From the human T2T-CHM13v2.0 reference genome, Homo sapiens, in assembly GCF_009914755.1 (NCBI RefSeq), contig NC_060948.1: 64,000 bases of DNA; one strand, given 5' to 3'. Positions 1-19,265 of the stretch are shown here, piece by piece. Under the pieces are notes generated by a model. It was not told the origin of the DNA. It made no database searches and worked only from the letters and a program-made list of their open reading frames with translations. A program made the translations under genes and the position numbers. How positions within the stretch are numbered: the stretch's first letter is position 1; each line of letters starts with the position of its first letter.

Positions 1-523
1 GTTCGACCAGCCAGGGCAGCCCCACACTGCCCTGGGGCACGGAAGCACCGCGACAGCCTCCCCCAGCAAAGCCCTGGACTGCCAGCTCTGACTCACAAGT
101 GACGCGCCAGAGTCCCAGATGGCAGGGCAGCCCATGACTGGGAAACCCAAACCATGAGTCGAAGTCTTTTTGAGGCCGAAAACGCAGCCCCTCCTCCCCA
201 ACTTCACAGAAACCGTTCTCCAAACGTGTCTCTGCATAGACTGCGACTGAGTCAAAAGACAACCCGTGGCGCATGAGAGTTTGAAGATGCATCTCGGACT
301 GAGAAAGAAGAAATGGGACTTGGTTGCAGGTCGGTTAGGACACAGTAAGATACAGAATGAGGAGAGTCTTCTAGAATCCAGACAAAGACGGAGGAAGGGA
401 GGGAGAGAGGGAATGGAGAAAAGAGACAGACGGAGGAAAGCAAGGAGGGAGGGAAGGGAGCAGCGAGGGAGGGCGGAAAGAAGGAAATGAGAACCAGAGA
501 GAGAGAGGATTTTTAAAATCTAG

Positions 524-1102
<579 letters not shown>

Positions 1103-2225
1103 TTAAGAAAGAAATGAAAGGAGAAAGATAGATGAAAAAAACTAAAAAAATAGTAAAACTATTTTTCTAAAAAACTCTAAAAAACTCTAAAAAAATAGCC
1201 GAGGGCGGTGGGGGGTGGGGTGGGTGGGGGATCGGTGGCTATGATGCACTTTCCACTTTACCAATATGCTGGCTGGGGAAAGACAAATATTAAACATAAC
1301 TTAACGGTAAAAACTGACTATGGCGGCTTAGCCAAGGTACTTGAGTTTCCCTAAGGAGGGAGGGAGAGAGGAAGAGGAAAGCTGCCGGCATGAAGGAGAG
1401 AAACCGAGGTGAGGGGGAGGGGACAAAACAGGACGGGGAAGGGAAGGAGGCACAGTAGTTCACTCTGGAATGTTTTCTAGCCTGGGGTGGGTGGGGGGAC
1501 ACGGAGGGCAACTCAGGAAACAAGCTGATTCTGGAAAAGACACCGAATTCATAGTGTTGCCATCCCTGCTTTGAAAGGTGTGAAGTGCATGCTGCTTCCT
1601 CCACACTCATTCAGTTAATCCTGAGAAATGTCTTTTAGTCCCAAACGCCTGACATCTACCTGCTTTCACAACATCTGGGGAGAATCAGAAAAGTCCCCAC
1701 TAAAGAAAAGGCCTAGGGTGGAACTGCCGTCTGTAAAACCCAGGCAGAAGAGTCCACGCGGGTCAAACACACAAAGAATAGGAAGCAACTGATGAAGAAG
1801 ATCAACAATCTGGCCCAGCCAGAATCTCCAGAGGTTTTCTAGGCAACGATGGAGGGGATGAACGGATGGAGGTAGGGCGGGCCTCTGAGGGTTGGGGTAG
1901 GACTGAGGGGAGCAGAGAGAAGACACACTCACCCCTTACCATGGGCGGGCGGCCACGGCATCCTGTGAGCCTCCTAGACTTCAAAAACGGTGACAGCTAG
2001 ATGACACGAGACGACAACGGATGGAAGTGTCAGCCCGGCGCCCTTTCAGGAGCTCCCAACAACTAATCCACCACAGCCCTTGCGGGGGAAGAAGCACCAT
2101 GGCTCGGGAAAACATGGAGAAACACATGTGCCTATGCACGTGCACACGCACACCATATCCCACAATATAGACACGTTTATACCGTGATAATGAGAGAGCC
2201 CATTTCTAGTGCAAAAGAAGCAGTC

Positions 2226-3035
2226 TGGGCTTGGCGGCCCAAGCCAGTAACCCCAGCACTTTGGGAGGCCAAGGCGGGAAGAACACCTGAGGTCAAGAGT
2301 TCCAAACCAGTCTGGTCAACATGGCAAAACCCCGTCTTTAAGAAAAACGCAAAAATTAGATGAGCATGGTGGTGGGCACCTGTAATCCCAGCTCCTCAGG
2401 AGGCTGAGGCAAGATACTCACTTGAACTCAGGAGGTGGAGGTTGCAGTGAGCTGAGATCTCACAACTGCACTCCAGCCTGGGCAACAGAGGAAGACTCCA
2501 TCGCAAAAAAAAAAAAAATAATAATAAATAATAAATAAATAAATAAATAAATTGATTCCACCTTTAAATGTATGCACTGTTAAGATTACGCAGATAGCTT
2601 AGAAGGTATATAAGCTTTATACACATTTGTAATTTTGAGTCAATCTGGTGATATTATCAGGCCGTCTCCCTGTAAGTGGTCACAGAAATAAAAACTCCCT
2701 TTTTTTAGTTCATCTGTATGTCATTATCAGGTCGGGAGAATAAGCAGCCCCACCCTCAGTTTGGTCTGGGAACAATTACACTCCAGCCTGGGTGACAGAG
2801 GGAGATTTTGTCTCAGAAAAGAAACAAGAAAACCATTTTTTAAAAAATCGAAGATAATTAGCGGGGCATTGTGCTGTGCTGTGGCTCATTCCCATGCCTG
2901 TAGGCCCAGCTACTCTGGAGGCTGAGGCAGAGGAATATTGCTTTGAGCCTAGCAGTTCAAGGTCACAGTAAGCTATGGTCCTACCACTGCATTCCAGCCT
3001 CGGCGACACAGGAAGGCCCCGTTTCTAAAAAATAC
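2226..3035 (+). mobile_element. Alu, ERV1-type LTR 3' fragment (2552-2773, LTR49/MER34-like) and Alu fragments
   Basis: Alu consensus at 2226-2550 and 2855-3035. The LTR piece has AATAAA and ends AAGCAGCCCCACCCTCAGTTTGGTCTGGGAACA. Confidence 0.7.
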
Positions 3036-3523
3036 ATGAATAAATGAATAGATGAATGTAAAAAAATGCAAGGAGGTGGCAGAGCACGGGAAGGCTTGAC
3101 TCATTCCTAAACACTAGAGCAGAAAAACAGGACCATCCATGTGAGACATAAGCTATTCCAAATCACAGTGGAATAAGCAAGTGGAAGAGCAAGGCCCTGC
3201 CATTATCTGCAGATAACCATTCTTTCTATCCAGCTAGCCTCTGGCTATTAGTAGAAACCAAATGCCCAACCATGGGGCCACGAAGTTACCATGTGAGCTG
3301 AGCCGCTCATCACACACTGGGCGTAAGTGGGTGTGCACAGCAGCACTCCAGCATGACACAGAAATGCTGTGGACCTGATTGGGTCCGAACAGATCCTGAA
3401 GCACAAGTAAGTTCCATGAGAAAGTGGCCCAAATGCCCATGATGCCTAGTCAAGAAATGAGCCGAGTTAAGAAATTACACATAGCCGGGCGCAGTGGCTC
3501 ATGCCTGTAATCTTATCACTTTG

Positions 3524-4085
3524 TGTTGGGGAAACCAGCCCTACACCAGCCAGCAGGTACCACGAGTCCAGCAGAGACAAAGGAGTTGTAAAGAGAAAAA
3601 AATAAATGTTTAAAAGGCGGGTCCAGGGGACCGGAGCATCTGAGGCTTGTTCACAGCCCAGAGCTCTCGAGCTCTGCTGAATTTGTTGGTTTACAAGCTC
3701 TTTGTTCTTAGGGCAGATGGGAGGGGTAGAAAGGGATAAGGTAGAGGATTAATCAGTGTCACTCAATAAGATGTGTAGCAGCAGTTTTTTGTGAATTTCC
3801 TTGAGCAAAGGCGTGTGTCTAAACTACTCAAGATCTTTAACTTATCAGGACTGAAATGGGTGTGAGTGGGTTTCAGGAGGAGCCAACACGTTTGGTTATA
3901 CTCCACTGCTTCAAAGGAGGTATCTCCCTTGCCAACCTGTGGAATGCCTCTGAGCTGTTATGCTTTCAGGGCATAAAGACATGAAGGCAATAAGGAGATA
4001 TTTCTCCTCAGAGGCCACCCATGGCTCCACATGGATGTCTCATACAGGGGAGACCAACCCATCTGGCACCCCAGAAACTCTCACA
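3524..4085 (-). mobile_element. Solo LTR, LTR14B-like (HERV-K14C), inserted into an Alu (3484-3523 / 4086-4370)
   Basis: TG...CA ends, flanking direct repeat CTTTG (extendable to CACTTTG), and the Alu sequence resumes after the LTR. Matches recalled LTR14B sequence. Confidence 0.8.
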
Positions 4086-4189
4086 CTTTGAGAGGCTGAG
4101 ATGGGTGGATCACTTGAGGTCAGGAGTTTGAGACCAGCCTGGTGACCACAGCAAAACCCTGTCTCTACTAAAAATACAAAAATTAGTCA

Positions 4190-4351
<162 letters not shown>

Positions 4352-4559
4352 TTAATTTAATTAAAAAAAGAAAGTACACGTAAAATTATACATAGCTGGG
4401 TGCAGTGGCTCACACCTGTAATCTCAGCAATTAGGGAGCCTGAGACAGGTGGATCAGTTTGTAGCATCATTGCTGCCTTGAAAGGACAGAGAAGTATGTT
4501 TATGTCACTGTTGGTTTTATTTTTTTTTCCTTTTTTACCGGAAACACTTACTTTTTATA

Positions 4560-5180
<621 letters not shown>

Positions 5181-5981
5181 ATGTATATTCATTTTTTTAA
5201 CTGATCAAAGAACAATCAGAACCACTCATCAGGGTGGCAATTCCCTTGGCAACAAGGGAGGGAGAAACTTGGAGGTGGGGGTGGGGGCAGTGGAGAAGAC
5301 ACAGCTGCCTTGGGCTGTGCCCAGGTGCCATGAGCTTTCTTCCTCCTTGAGGCCTCGGTTTTCAGAGTAACAATGGCTGCTAGGTGATGCCCATTAGGTG
5401 AATAGGGTGGCATATGCCAATGAGAGTGTCAGCCCGCAATGAATTGGCATCACCCGGAGTGGGGAAAGGAGGGGAAGGATGGAAGTCCCCACAGTACACT
5501 GGGTCACAGCACCCTCGCAGGCAGTCCCCATAACTAATCAACCAGGGCCCCTGGGGGGGGGACACAGCCTAAGTCCCCACCCATCAGATCATCTGGAACT
5601 TCCATCCAAATACCGACTGGAAATTCTCTCAGTCAAGCTCCAAACCTAAAAGAATCACTGCCACACCCACCAGGACTAACACAACTTTTAAAAGAATCAT
5701 TTCTGTGTTTTAGGTGCATCCGTGTATTTCTGTACAACAAAATTATTTATTTTAAATGTTACTAGTTTTTTGCTTCTTACGTGTACAGTCTCATGATAGA
5801 TAGACAAGGGGACTCTTCAGTCCAGAGTCCATGAGGCCAGAAGCTGACATCCTCAGTTCTTATTCAGAATGAATTTAAACAAGCCAGCCAAGCGCCCTGC
5901 CATGAAACTCCTGGAAAGACAAGCGATTAAGAAAAGAAAAGAAAAACAAAGTAAAAAACAAACAAACAAACAAAAAACAAT

Positions 5982-7890
5982 GCCGTCAGGAGCAGTAGCT
6001 CATGCCTTTAATCCCCGCACTTTGGGAGCCTGAGAGCGGGTGGATTCCTTGATTCCAGGCAATCAAGACCAGCCTTGGCAACATGGTGAAACCTCATCTC
6101 TTCAAAAATACAAAAATTAGCTGGCTTCATAATTTGGACTCAAAATTAATAAATAAATAGTTTGAAATTTAAAATGTAAAAATATCTTAATTGCTGTATT
6201 CTGTTATTTTTGCATCCTATCGTGAGAAGGACATAATATAGGTATTATCTGTCTCTCTGTTTGCAACAGGGTCTCGCTCTGTCTGTAGCCCAGGATGGAG
6301 TGCAGTGACATCATCATGGCTCACTGCAGCCTCAACCACCCCAGGGTCAGGTGATTCTCCCACTTCAGCCTCCTGAGTAGCTAAGACCCCAGGCATGCAC
6401 CTCAGGTTTTGGCTGTGTTGTCCAAGGCTTGTCTCGAGCTCCCAGGCTCAAGAGATCCTGCCGCCTTGGCCTCCCAAAGTGTTGGGGTTTCAGGCTTGAG
6501 TCGCCGCACCCAGCCTGACTTAATACATCTGGTCTCACTACGTCCTGACTACATGCCCTTGAAGAACTCAAGAGAGTTAGCAAGAGACTTTCAGCATTCT
6601 CTCCATAAACCAGTGAGGTGGATGGCGGCTGAGTGTCCTGGGCTCCTGTGGTTTTAGGTGGCCATGCGTAGAGGATAGATTTCAAATGTTTCCAGAGAGG
6701 TGGGAGCCACAGTCATTCGGGGCATCCAAGCTTGGGATACAGTTTCTGACAGCATCTTAAGGGCCAGGAAGGGCCAGGATCTGCCAAGGCTGGTGTTCCA
6801 CGGTGGGGACAATGGAACCCAAGGTAGAGGGAGCCATCCATCCACACTGAGCTCCAGCCCTAGACCCCACCATGCAGATTAAGTCAGAAGGAACAGTCCT
6901 TCCTCCTACACGCCACATCCCTCCACTCAACTTGGGAGCAGATCTGTTTTCCAAACATGAGGTGACTCTCTGTTTGAAATGAATCACAAGGGGCCCAGCT
7001 TTCTTGAGTCGGCAGGATAAAGAAGTCATTCTGTGACATAGAATGAGATATGCCTCGAATCTAGACTCTCCAGTTAAAACCAATGATGGTGGCCAGGTGC
7101 AGTGCCTCATGACTGTCATCCCAGCACTTCGGGAGGTCAAGGCTGGCAGATCACGAAGTCAGGATTGTGAGATCAGCCTGGCCAATATGGTGAAATCCTG
7201 TATTTACTAAAAAAACAAAGGTTAGCTGGATAGGGTAGCACGCACCTGTAATTTCTGCTACTCGGGGGGCTGAGGCAGGAGAATCGCTGGAAGCAAGGAG
7301 GTGGAGATTGCAGCCAGCCGAGACCATGCCACCGCCTTGGCGACAGAAGGAGACACCATTTACCTAGAGGGATAAAAGAACAACAGGGTCCGCACCAGGA
7401 TGGAAGTTCCCTAGGCAGTGAGGGAGAGAGGGAGGGGCCTCCAGAAGGGAAGGAGAGAAAGCAGTTGCCCCAGGCTCTGTGAAGTGGCCAGGCGGCCCTC
7501 AGTGCCACCTTTAAATAACAGTGGCCACTTTCAATAACAGTGGCCTTTCAATAACAGTGGTCACTAGGTGATGACCTACTTTTAAAAAAAGCAAAACAAA
7601 ACATTTATTTTGAAAAATTGCAATTTAGGCTGGGCGCGGTGACTCACACCTGTTATCCCAGCACTTTGGGAGACTGAGGCAGGCAGATCCCTGAAGGTCA
7701 GCCTGGGCAACATGGTGAAACCCTGTCTCTACTAAAAAAACAAAAGTTAGGTGAGCAGGGTGGCATACACCTGTAATCCCAGCTACTCAGGAGGCTGTGG
7801 CAGGAGAATTGCTGGAACCAGGGAGGTGGAGATTGCAGCCAGCCAAAAAAACCCCACAGCCTGGGCTACAGAACAAGACTCTATTTAAAA
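5982..7890. mobile_element. Alus within the IGS relic (5982-6125 +, 6262-6515 -, 7091-7360 +, 7628-7890 +)
   Basis: Alu consensus motifs at each interval. Confidence 0.85.
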
Positions 7891-8709
7891 TAAATTAGTA
7901 AATAAATAAGTGAACGAATATATGTAAAAAGAAAAATGCAAGGAAATGGCGGAACTCGGGAAGGCTCCCCTCATTCCTAAAGACCAGAGCAGAAAAACAG
8001 GACCATCAAGTTCAGACACAGGCCATTTTGAATCTGTTGTCACCATGCTCAATTGGTGCCAAAGAAGGGTAGGCTTCTGTGCCACCCATCTGTCATCACC
8101 ACCCTTGTCAAATATAATTGCAGGGTCACGACTGCACAGAGATCTCTCAACCCACTGAATGCATCCGTATTTTTATGAGCCCCGTTGGGAGAATAAACAG
8201 GATATTTAGAAAAGTACTCATCGTGCGTTATTTGGTCTCCCATGTCTCTTGTGAAACCAAACAAATTTATGGGCCATTTTTTTTTCTTTCCAGCACTTGA
8301 CCATCCATACAGTACCTAAATAAAAGAAGAATGAATGCATTTTATGAAACAAGGAGAAAAACAACGAAGCGAAAGTCTCAGAGGCTTGTGATACACAGGG
8401 GTATACAGAATGAGGAGACTTCCAGAATCCAAACAAAGACAGACGGAGGGATGGGAGGAAACGAATTGAGAAAAGAGACACACAAAAAGATGAAGAAAAA
8501 TAAATGCAAAGAAAAAGAGACAGAGATGTAAAGGGAAGAAAGATAAAGAAAATAGAAAGACAGAGAAACAGAAAAAGAGAATAAGAAATGACAGAAAGAA
8601 GGGAGGAAGAAAAAGAGAGAGAAGAAAGAGAAAGAAAAGAAAGAAAATGAAAGAAAGAAAGAGGAAGAAAAAAGAAAAATAAAGGAAATAAAAAAGAGAG
8701 AAGTGCATC

Positions 8710-9650
8710 AAGGTTTACACCTGTAATCCCAACACTTTGGGAGTTTGACATGGAAGAATTGTTTGAACCCACCATTTTGAGACCAGCCCTGACAATACAG
8801 TGAGACCATGCCTCTACTTAAATAAAATAAAATAAAATAAAATAAAATAAAATAAAATAAAATAAAATAAAATAAAATAAAATATAATAATGTTAGCCGG
8901 GCATGATGGCAGGCGCCTGTACTTTCAGCTCCTTTGGAGCCTGAGGTGGGAGCATCCCTTGGGCTCGGGAGGTGGAGGCTGCGTTGGGCCTTGGTCAGGT
9001 AATGCACTGCAGCGTGTTGTCCAGGCTGGTCTTGAACTCCTGAACTCTAGCCAACTGCCTGCCTCAGCCTCCGAAATTGCACCTGCCATATTCAACGGCC
9101 CTGGGGGTATCAGTGACAGACTTTAGTAAGCATGGTTGTTATGCCATATTGCCCAGGTTGGTCTTGAACTTGAACCCGGGAATTTGAGGCTACGGTGAGC
9201 CAAGGTCATGCCACTGTACTGCAGTCTGGGTGATAAAGCAAGACCCCATCTCTAAATATCTAATTAATAAAAACAATAACAATAATATAAACAATAATAC
9301 AAATAAATAACAAACAACAGCAATAATAATAAACAAACTAGTGAGAGTGAAAAATATAAAAATAAAAAAGGTAATTTAGATCACAATTAATTGCAGTAAT
9401 TTCAAGGAGTTATTTCTTTAACCTGTCTCTCTTACTTTCTGAAACAGGGTCTTTCTCTGTCACTCAGGCTGGAGGGCAATGGCGTGATCATGGCTCACTG
9501 CAGCTTCGACATCCCAGAATCAAGCTATTCCTGCAATCTCAGCCACTTGGAAGGCTGAGATGGCAAGAACACCTGCGGGAGCCCAGGAAGGTTGAGGCTG
9601 TGATGAGCCGAGAATGCAATCTCACACTCCAACTTTTCAAAAAAAAGAAA
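8710..9650. mobile_element. Cluster of old Alu fragments in both orientations, with (TAAAA)n at 8820-8885
   Basis: Alu arm fragments and a pentanucleotide repeat. Confidence 0.8.
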
Positions 9651-10023
9651 AGAAGAATTAGAAGGAGAAGAAGTAAACATAAAACAACAGCAACTTCAGT
9701 GTGTAGAAAGGGGAGTAAGAAAAGTAAAAGGAAAAAGAAAAACAAAATGAAGAGCAGCTGAAAATACTGTGGAAACAGTTGGAGAGGAAGAAATGACGTG
9801 GTGAAAGAGCAGCCTCTAGTGGATGCAGGTGGTAGTGCTGCTGACCAGAGTTACCCGTTCTACCTTAACAATCCCAAGTTGACGGTCAAGTCCAGCGCTC
9901 GCCGATGACATCTTATGGACCCAGGGCTCGCGGAAGGACCCAGTTGGAACTTTATCACACCAAGCCGGCCCACCTTTGCTGCCATCTAACTCCGCCGACC
10001 TGCCCGCAGTTCCCCACTCTCCG

Positions 10024-10034
10024 CTGGTTGACCG
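10024..10034 (-). terminator. Degenerate Sal box (TTF-I Pol I terminator, T1-like)
   Basis: The - strand reads TTCCTCCTCTCTCCGCTGCCCC-GGTCAACCAG, versus recalled human TTCCTCCTCGCTCCTCCGCACG-GGTCGACCAG. It lies ~540 bp downstream of the 28S end and the central CpG is mutated. Confidence 0.65.
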
Positions 10035-10574
10035 GGGCAGCGGAGAGAGGAGGAAAGCACAAAGGCAGTGACTGGTTCATATCCCATCGCCGCGCGCCTG
10101 GGGTGGGGAGAGGGGCCGTGACCCCATCGGCCACCACTGGGCACGCGTGAACACTACTCGGACAGGAACCGCAGGGGCACACCCTCGGACAACCACTCCT
10201 GAGTCATTCTCACCAGGCTCGGTGAATCCAATCTCAGCCCCTGGAGGAGTTCCCAGCGGGGTGCGAGGAGGAGGTGGAATCGGAGAGGTGGAAGGAGGAG
10301 CAGGGGAGCCACCTCTACCTCAGCAACCCCTGGCGCGGCACCTTGGAAAGCCCGAGGGTGGGGACGTGAGCCTCCCAATGCACAGCGGGCGCCGATGAGC
10401 TCTCGCGAGAGACACCCACTGCGTGATCCGGGGCTCAGGGGTGGGTGGGCATGAGCGGGCCAGGGAAGAGGTTCTCGGGAACAGGAGAAAGGAAGGAAGG
10501 TATATGTCAAGGGCTGAATTACACAGGACACACCACATCACACACCACATCACCAGGTCCTCCGCACACGGGTG

Positions 10575-11190
10575 CAGAGAGCCTTGTGTGGAGGTCTGAC
10601 TTTCAATAGATAGCAGCGAGGGAGCTGCTCTGCTCCATGGAAAACCCTGACCCAGAAGCAGGACGTCTGCGAATAGTTTAGCATCAGGTTCCCCACAAAC
10701 ACGTTATGTGATGGGTCAGGGGGTGACCGCCTTTCTGGCAGCAGCCCGTTTCCCAGGATGGGGGTTTCTCTGCACCGGATCCCGGTTTCCGGAGCACGGC
10801 AGGACATGCGCCCAGCGCGGGGCGGAGCGGCACACCGGAGGGGACTGCAGAAGACTGCCTACCCGAGGCCAACAAAGGTTCCGTGGCGCTGCCTTATCAT
10901 TCCTCATGGGCGGGATTCTTAGAGTCCTTCAGTCCTAATCCCGCTTATAGTAGCTTTACCCCATTGGCTCCTCAGACAAGGACATACACCAAATGTCTGA
11001 ACCTGTGATTTCTCTACTAATGAGCAGGATTACCATGGGAACAACACATGGGCAACAACACATGGGGAACACACGCAGTAAAACTAACCTGTCTCACATG
11101 GGTCTAACCATAATGCTTTCCAGGGCATGCGCACCGCTCTCAGGTGAATCCATTCCAGTCTGCCTTGTCCTTCGCAAAGAAAAGAGAGCT
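10575..11190 (-). pseudogene. 28S rRNA 3'-terminal pseudogene fragment (~615 nt)
   Basis: The + strand matches the revcomp of the 28S 3' end: CTGACTTTCAATAGATAGCAGCGAGGGAGCTGCTCTGCT, CCATTGGCTCCTCAGACAAGGACATACACCAAATGTCTGAACCTG, GTAAAACTAACCTGTCTCAC. Many CpG-decay changes; cut off by an Alu at ~11195. Confidence 0.95.
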
Positions 11191-11194
11191 CTGC

Positions 11195-12661
<1,467 letters not shown>

Positions 12662-13504
12662 TAAAGGCACCTAGTGTCACAAGAACAGATAGCTAAACTG
12701 TATCTGAAAAAGTGGCTCAAGTGGGGAAATTTTTGGCAGATTTGGGGAAACTTAGGGCAAATTTTAAACATGAGGCCTTTTGTCAGATCACCTACATTCT
12801 TTGGATTCAATGTGGGTTTGTCACAGATGCTTGGTGTGACAAATTGCATGGCTTCTACCACTTCATTTGATCAGCCTCCTATTGACTTTCAGCTAAGTGC
12901 TGCAGAATTGCTTCTCAGATTGTATCTTTCCGCAAGACAAAGCTATTTCACAGTCTCTAACTGTCCCATTTTGTGGCTGTTAATTTATACTTACATGTTT
13001 TTCAACTACTTATTCTGGTTTTCTGTTTATGAAAGCTTTAACCTGTGCTATTTTGAGGGAAATACTGATGCATATCTAAACTTTAAGAGTGTTTTTCACC
13101 CTGGCTGCAGACACTTGGTGAATAATTTTTCAGGTGATAGAAAAACCCATCATCATGAGAATGTAGCAACTTTTATTTTGCAGTAACTGTTAAAACTGTA
13201 GCTGTGGTGCTCAGTAAAATGGGACCTTTCCCTTGTAGGTGTTTGGGGAGGAGTGAAGTCCTGTCCTCCATTTTGTTAGTAACCTGCTTATGGGTGGGCC
13301 ATTATCACCCAGAAAGGAAAGGGATACCATGGTATGCAGTTACACGGAGCTGCAGCAAGAGCAAAAAAAAGAAATTCCCTCATGTCTCCAATGCAGAGCT
13401 GGCATTTATACCTCTAACCCAGGCAGGGCCCACAAATCTCTGGCAGCTGTGAGCACCTGTTTTGTTTCTGCCTTCTTCCAGTTGGCAATTTTGGCTTTTG
13501 GGTT

Positions 13505-15915
<2,411 letters not shown>

Positions 15916-18075
15916 ACATTTCAGGCCTTTAGCTTCAGGAACTGATTCTAGTTCCCTGTCCTGTGGCGACAAATAGAAACAGATCCCTGGTACCATTCTT
16001 AGGTACAAAGCCAGCTAGATATGAGCAGATAAGAAAATCAAATCCTTCTATTTTGCCAGGGATTAATTCATTCCCAGGATTGTAAATATTACATTTCACT
16101 TTTCATCTCACAGAACCGTGAGACTGGAAGTTGAGCTGGGCAGCCTGCCCAGCAAGACATTATGATGTATGCAACACAATGAACTACTAAAGAAGTGTCT
16201 TTAAAGGTATTTACAGCACATAGCTTTTTTTTCTTTTAATTTTGCTGCTCTTTATTTGCAGTAGCAGGTAAGGAATTAAGAAAGCAAAAATAAGTGCTTT
16301 GACTAGGTCTTTTGCCTTTGAAAGTAGCATTCGTAAAATCCCCTCTTCTTTTTTATTCGTATAAACTTCACCCAATTCAATCTGCCCCTCCCCCCAGCCC
16401 ATCTGTGTTCACATGCTGTTCTTGCTGCTCTCAGTTTTTAAAAGCTTATTCCAAAATTACATGAAAGTAACCACATTTTGACAAAATCAGAATTCTGGTA
16501 GGAATGGCTTACCACAAGGCTGTTGAAAGACGCCCAGCAAAACTTTAGTACTTTTTATTTCAACCTCTCTCGGTTAAACCTACAATTTGGTAGTTGATAT
16601 TATTACCTCCCTTTGGCAGGCCTGTGTCTCTGCCTTGGAGAAATAACAAAGTCCAAAGTAGTCTTCTCATTCAAAGATGTGGCAAATGAAGGCTGTTTTG
16701 ATCTTTATGTATTAGCATTTGGGTTTTAATCTTTCTGGGGCTCCTGACAGACTATTCCTTTAAATTTATTATATAATTCTAAAATATTGGACACATTTGT
16801 TTCAAGCATCTGTCAATATCCTTACTATTTTCATTCCACTTCCCACTGCCCTCAATAGTCATTAGGTCCTACTGATTTTTATCTCCTAAGTATTTGTCAA
16901 ATCTGTCTTCTCTGTATGTATTGTTCCTTATATAACTGCATCTCCATTGTCACTGTGCTGCTTTGGACTATCTTTTCTTGTCTAGATCAGTGCCTGAATT
17001 ATATTATGAGCTTCGTAAAGTTGTATCAATGAATGAATGATTCATAATCTGGGCACTGCATTCTAACACTTAACTGAAAAAAAATCTTAGATCTATCTTC
17101 CATGTAAAAGCATATCTAAAATGCAAATCTTAATTTGATAATCTCCAGCTTAATAAAACTCTTAGATGGCTCCCAGACGTCCCCCAAACCATCTCTCATT
17201 TCACTGATCAAAAAAAATTTAAAATTTTAAAACTAAAAAAAAATTGAACACTTTATTGGTCAAAAAACAAAAACAAAAATGATCTCGGAGCGTACCTCAC
17301 TCACACCCCACCCTGCTCTGTTCCCCTCTCCCACCCCCAGCCTACAGGGACCATCCAATAACCCCTTCTTTGCTACATAACCCTTACCCTCCTTCTTCAA
17401 TACTCATACTTTCTCCTTAGAAACCTCCCCCCCACTTCCGGGCAACAGTAGATTCTTTCTTGCTTATGTTTTTTGTAATGACATCAGCCATTTAGAACTC
17501 ATGATGTGCCTAGGCCCCACTATCTGCCTCTCCACAGATCTTGCTCAGACAATTCTTCAGGATTTAGTCACAGATCCAAAGTAAGGAGCTAGAAGGGAGC
17601 TTCAGGCTTGGTTTTTTTGGGTTGAAGCTAGAAAGCTAATCTATGTTGAATGCAAAACAAACCAAGTAATAGCCAACCTATACATCCTAGGAATATCGAT
17701 TGCTTTTTATTTTTGCTCCCAGCCATTCTCTCCACAGGACTCTCTCCTTCTTTACATTTCTTTTAAACACAGTATATTAACACAACACTGTGTGAGAAAT
17801 GGGATTCAGAAAACCAAGATACAGGTCTCCTTCCGCTATGCTATGAGTCAGCCATGAAAACTCTCTGGGCCTCACTGACTGAATTGTAATATCTGACTTT
17901 AATGAGGATTATATTCATTGAACTCTGAGGTCCTGTCCATTTCTTACACCCTGATGCAAAGACCGCAGAGAACTTCTAACCCAGATGTTTTTAACTAGGC
18001 TTCTTGTATGTCTGGGAAGATGATGAAAGAACTTCAAGGGGATCACGAGCTCCTTAAATTCTATCTAAAATCCAA

Positions 18076-19265
<1,190 letters not shown>

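Noticed and set aside
8218-8775. Hydrophobic Phe/Leu/Ser-rich ORFs resembling membrane proteins (also 609-989)
   Set aside because: They are the reverse complement of GA-rich spacer tracts.
10503-10520. Possible second copy of the 28S 3' terminus (TGTCAAGGGCTGAATT)
   Set aside because: Only ~16 nt with mismatches; cannot be separated from chance.
10575-11190. Functional rRNA gene
   Set aside because: Only the 3' fragment is present, with heavy substitutions and indels in conserved core sequence.
12674-13186. 170-aa ORF
   Set aside because: Non-ATG start, no recognisable domain, AT-rich composition; probably a chance ORF.
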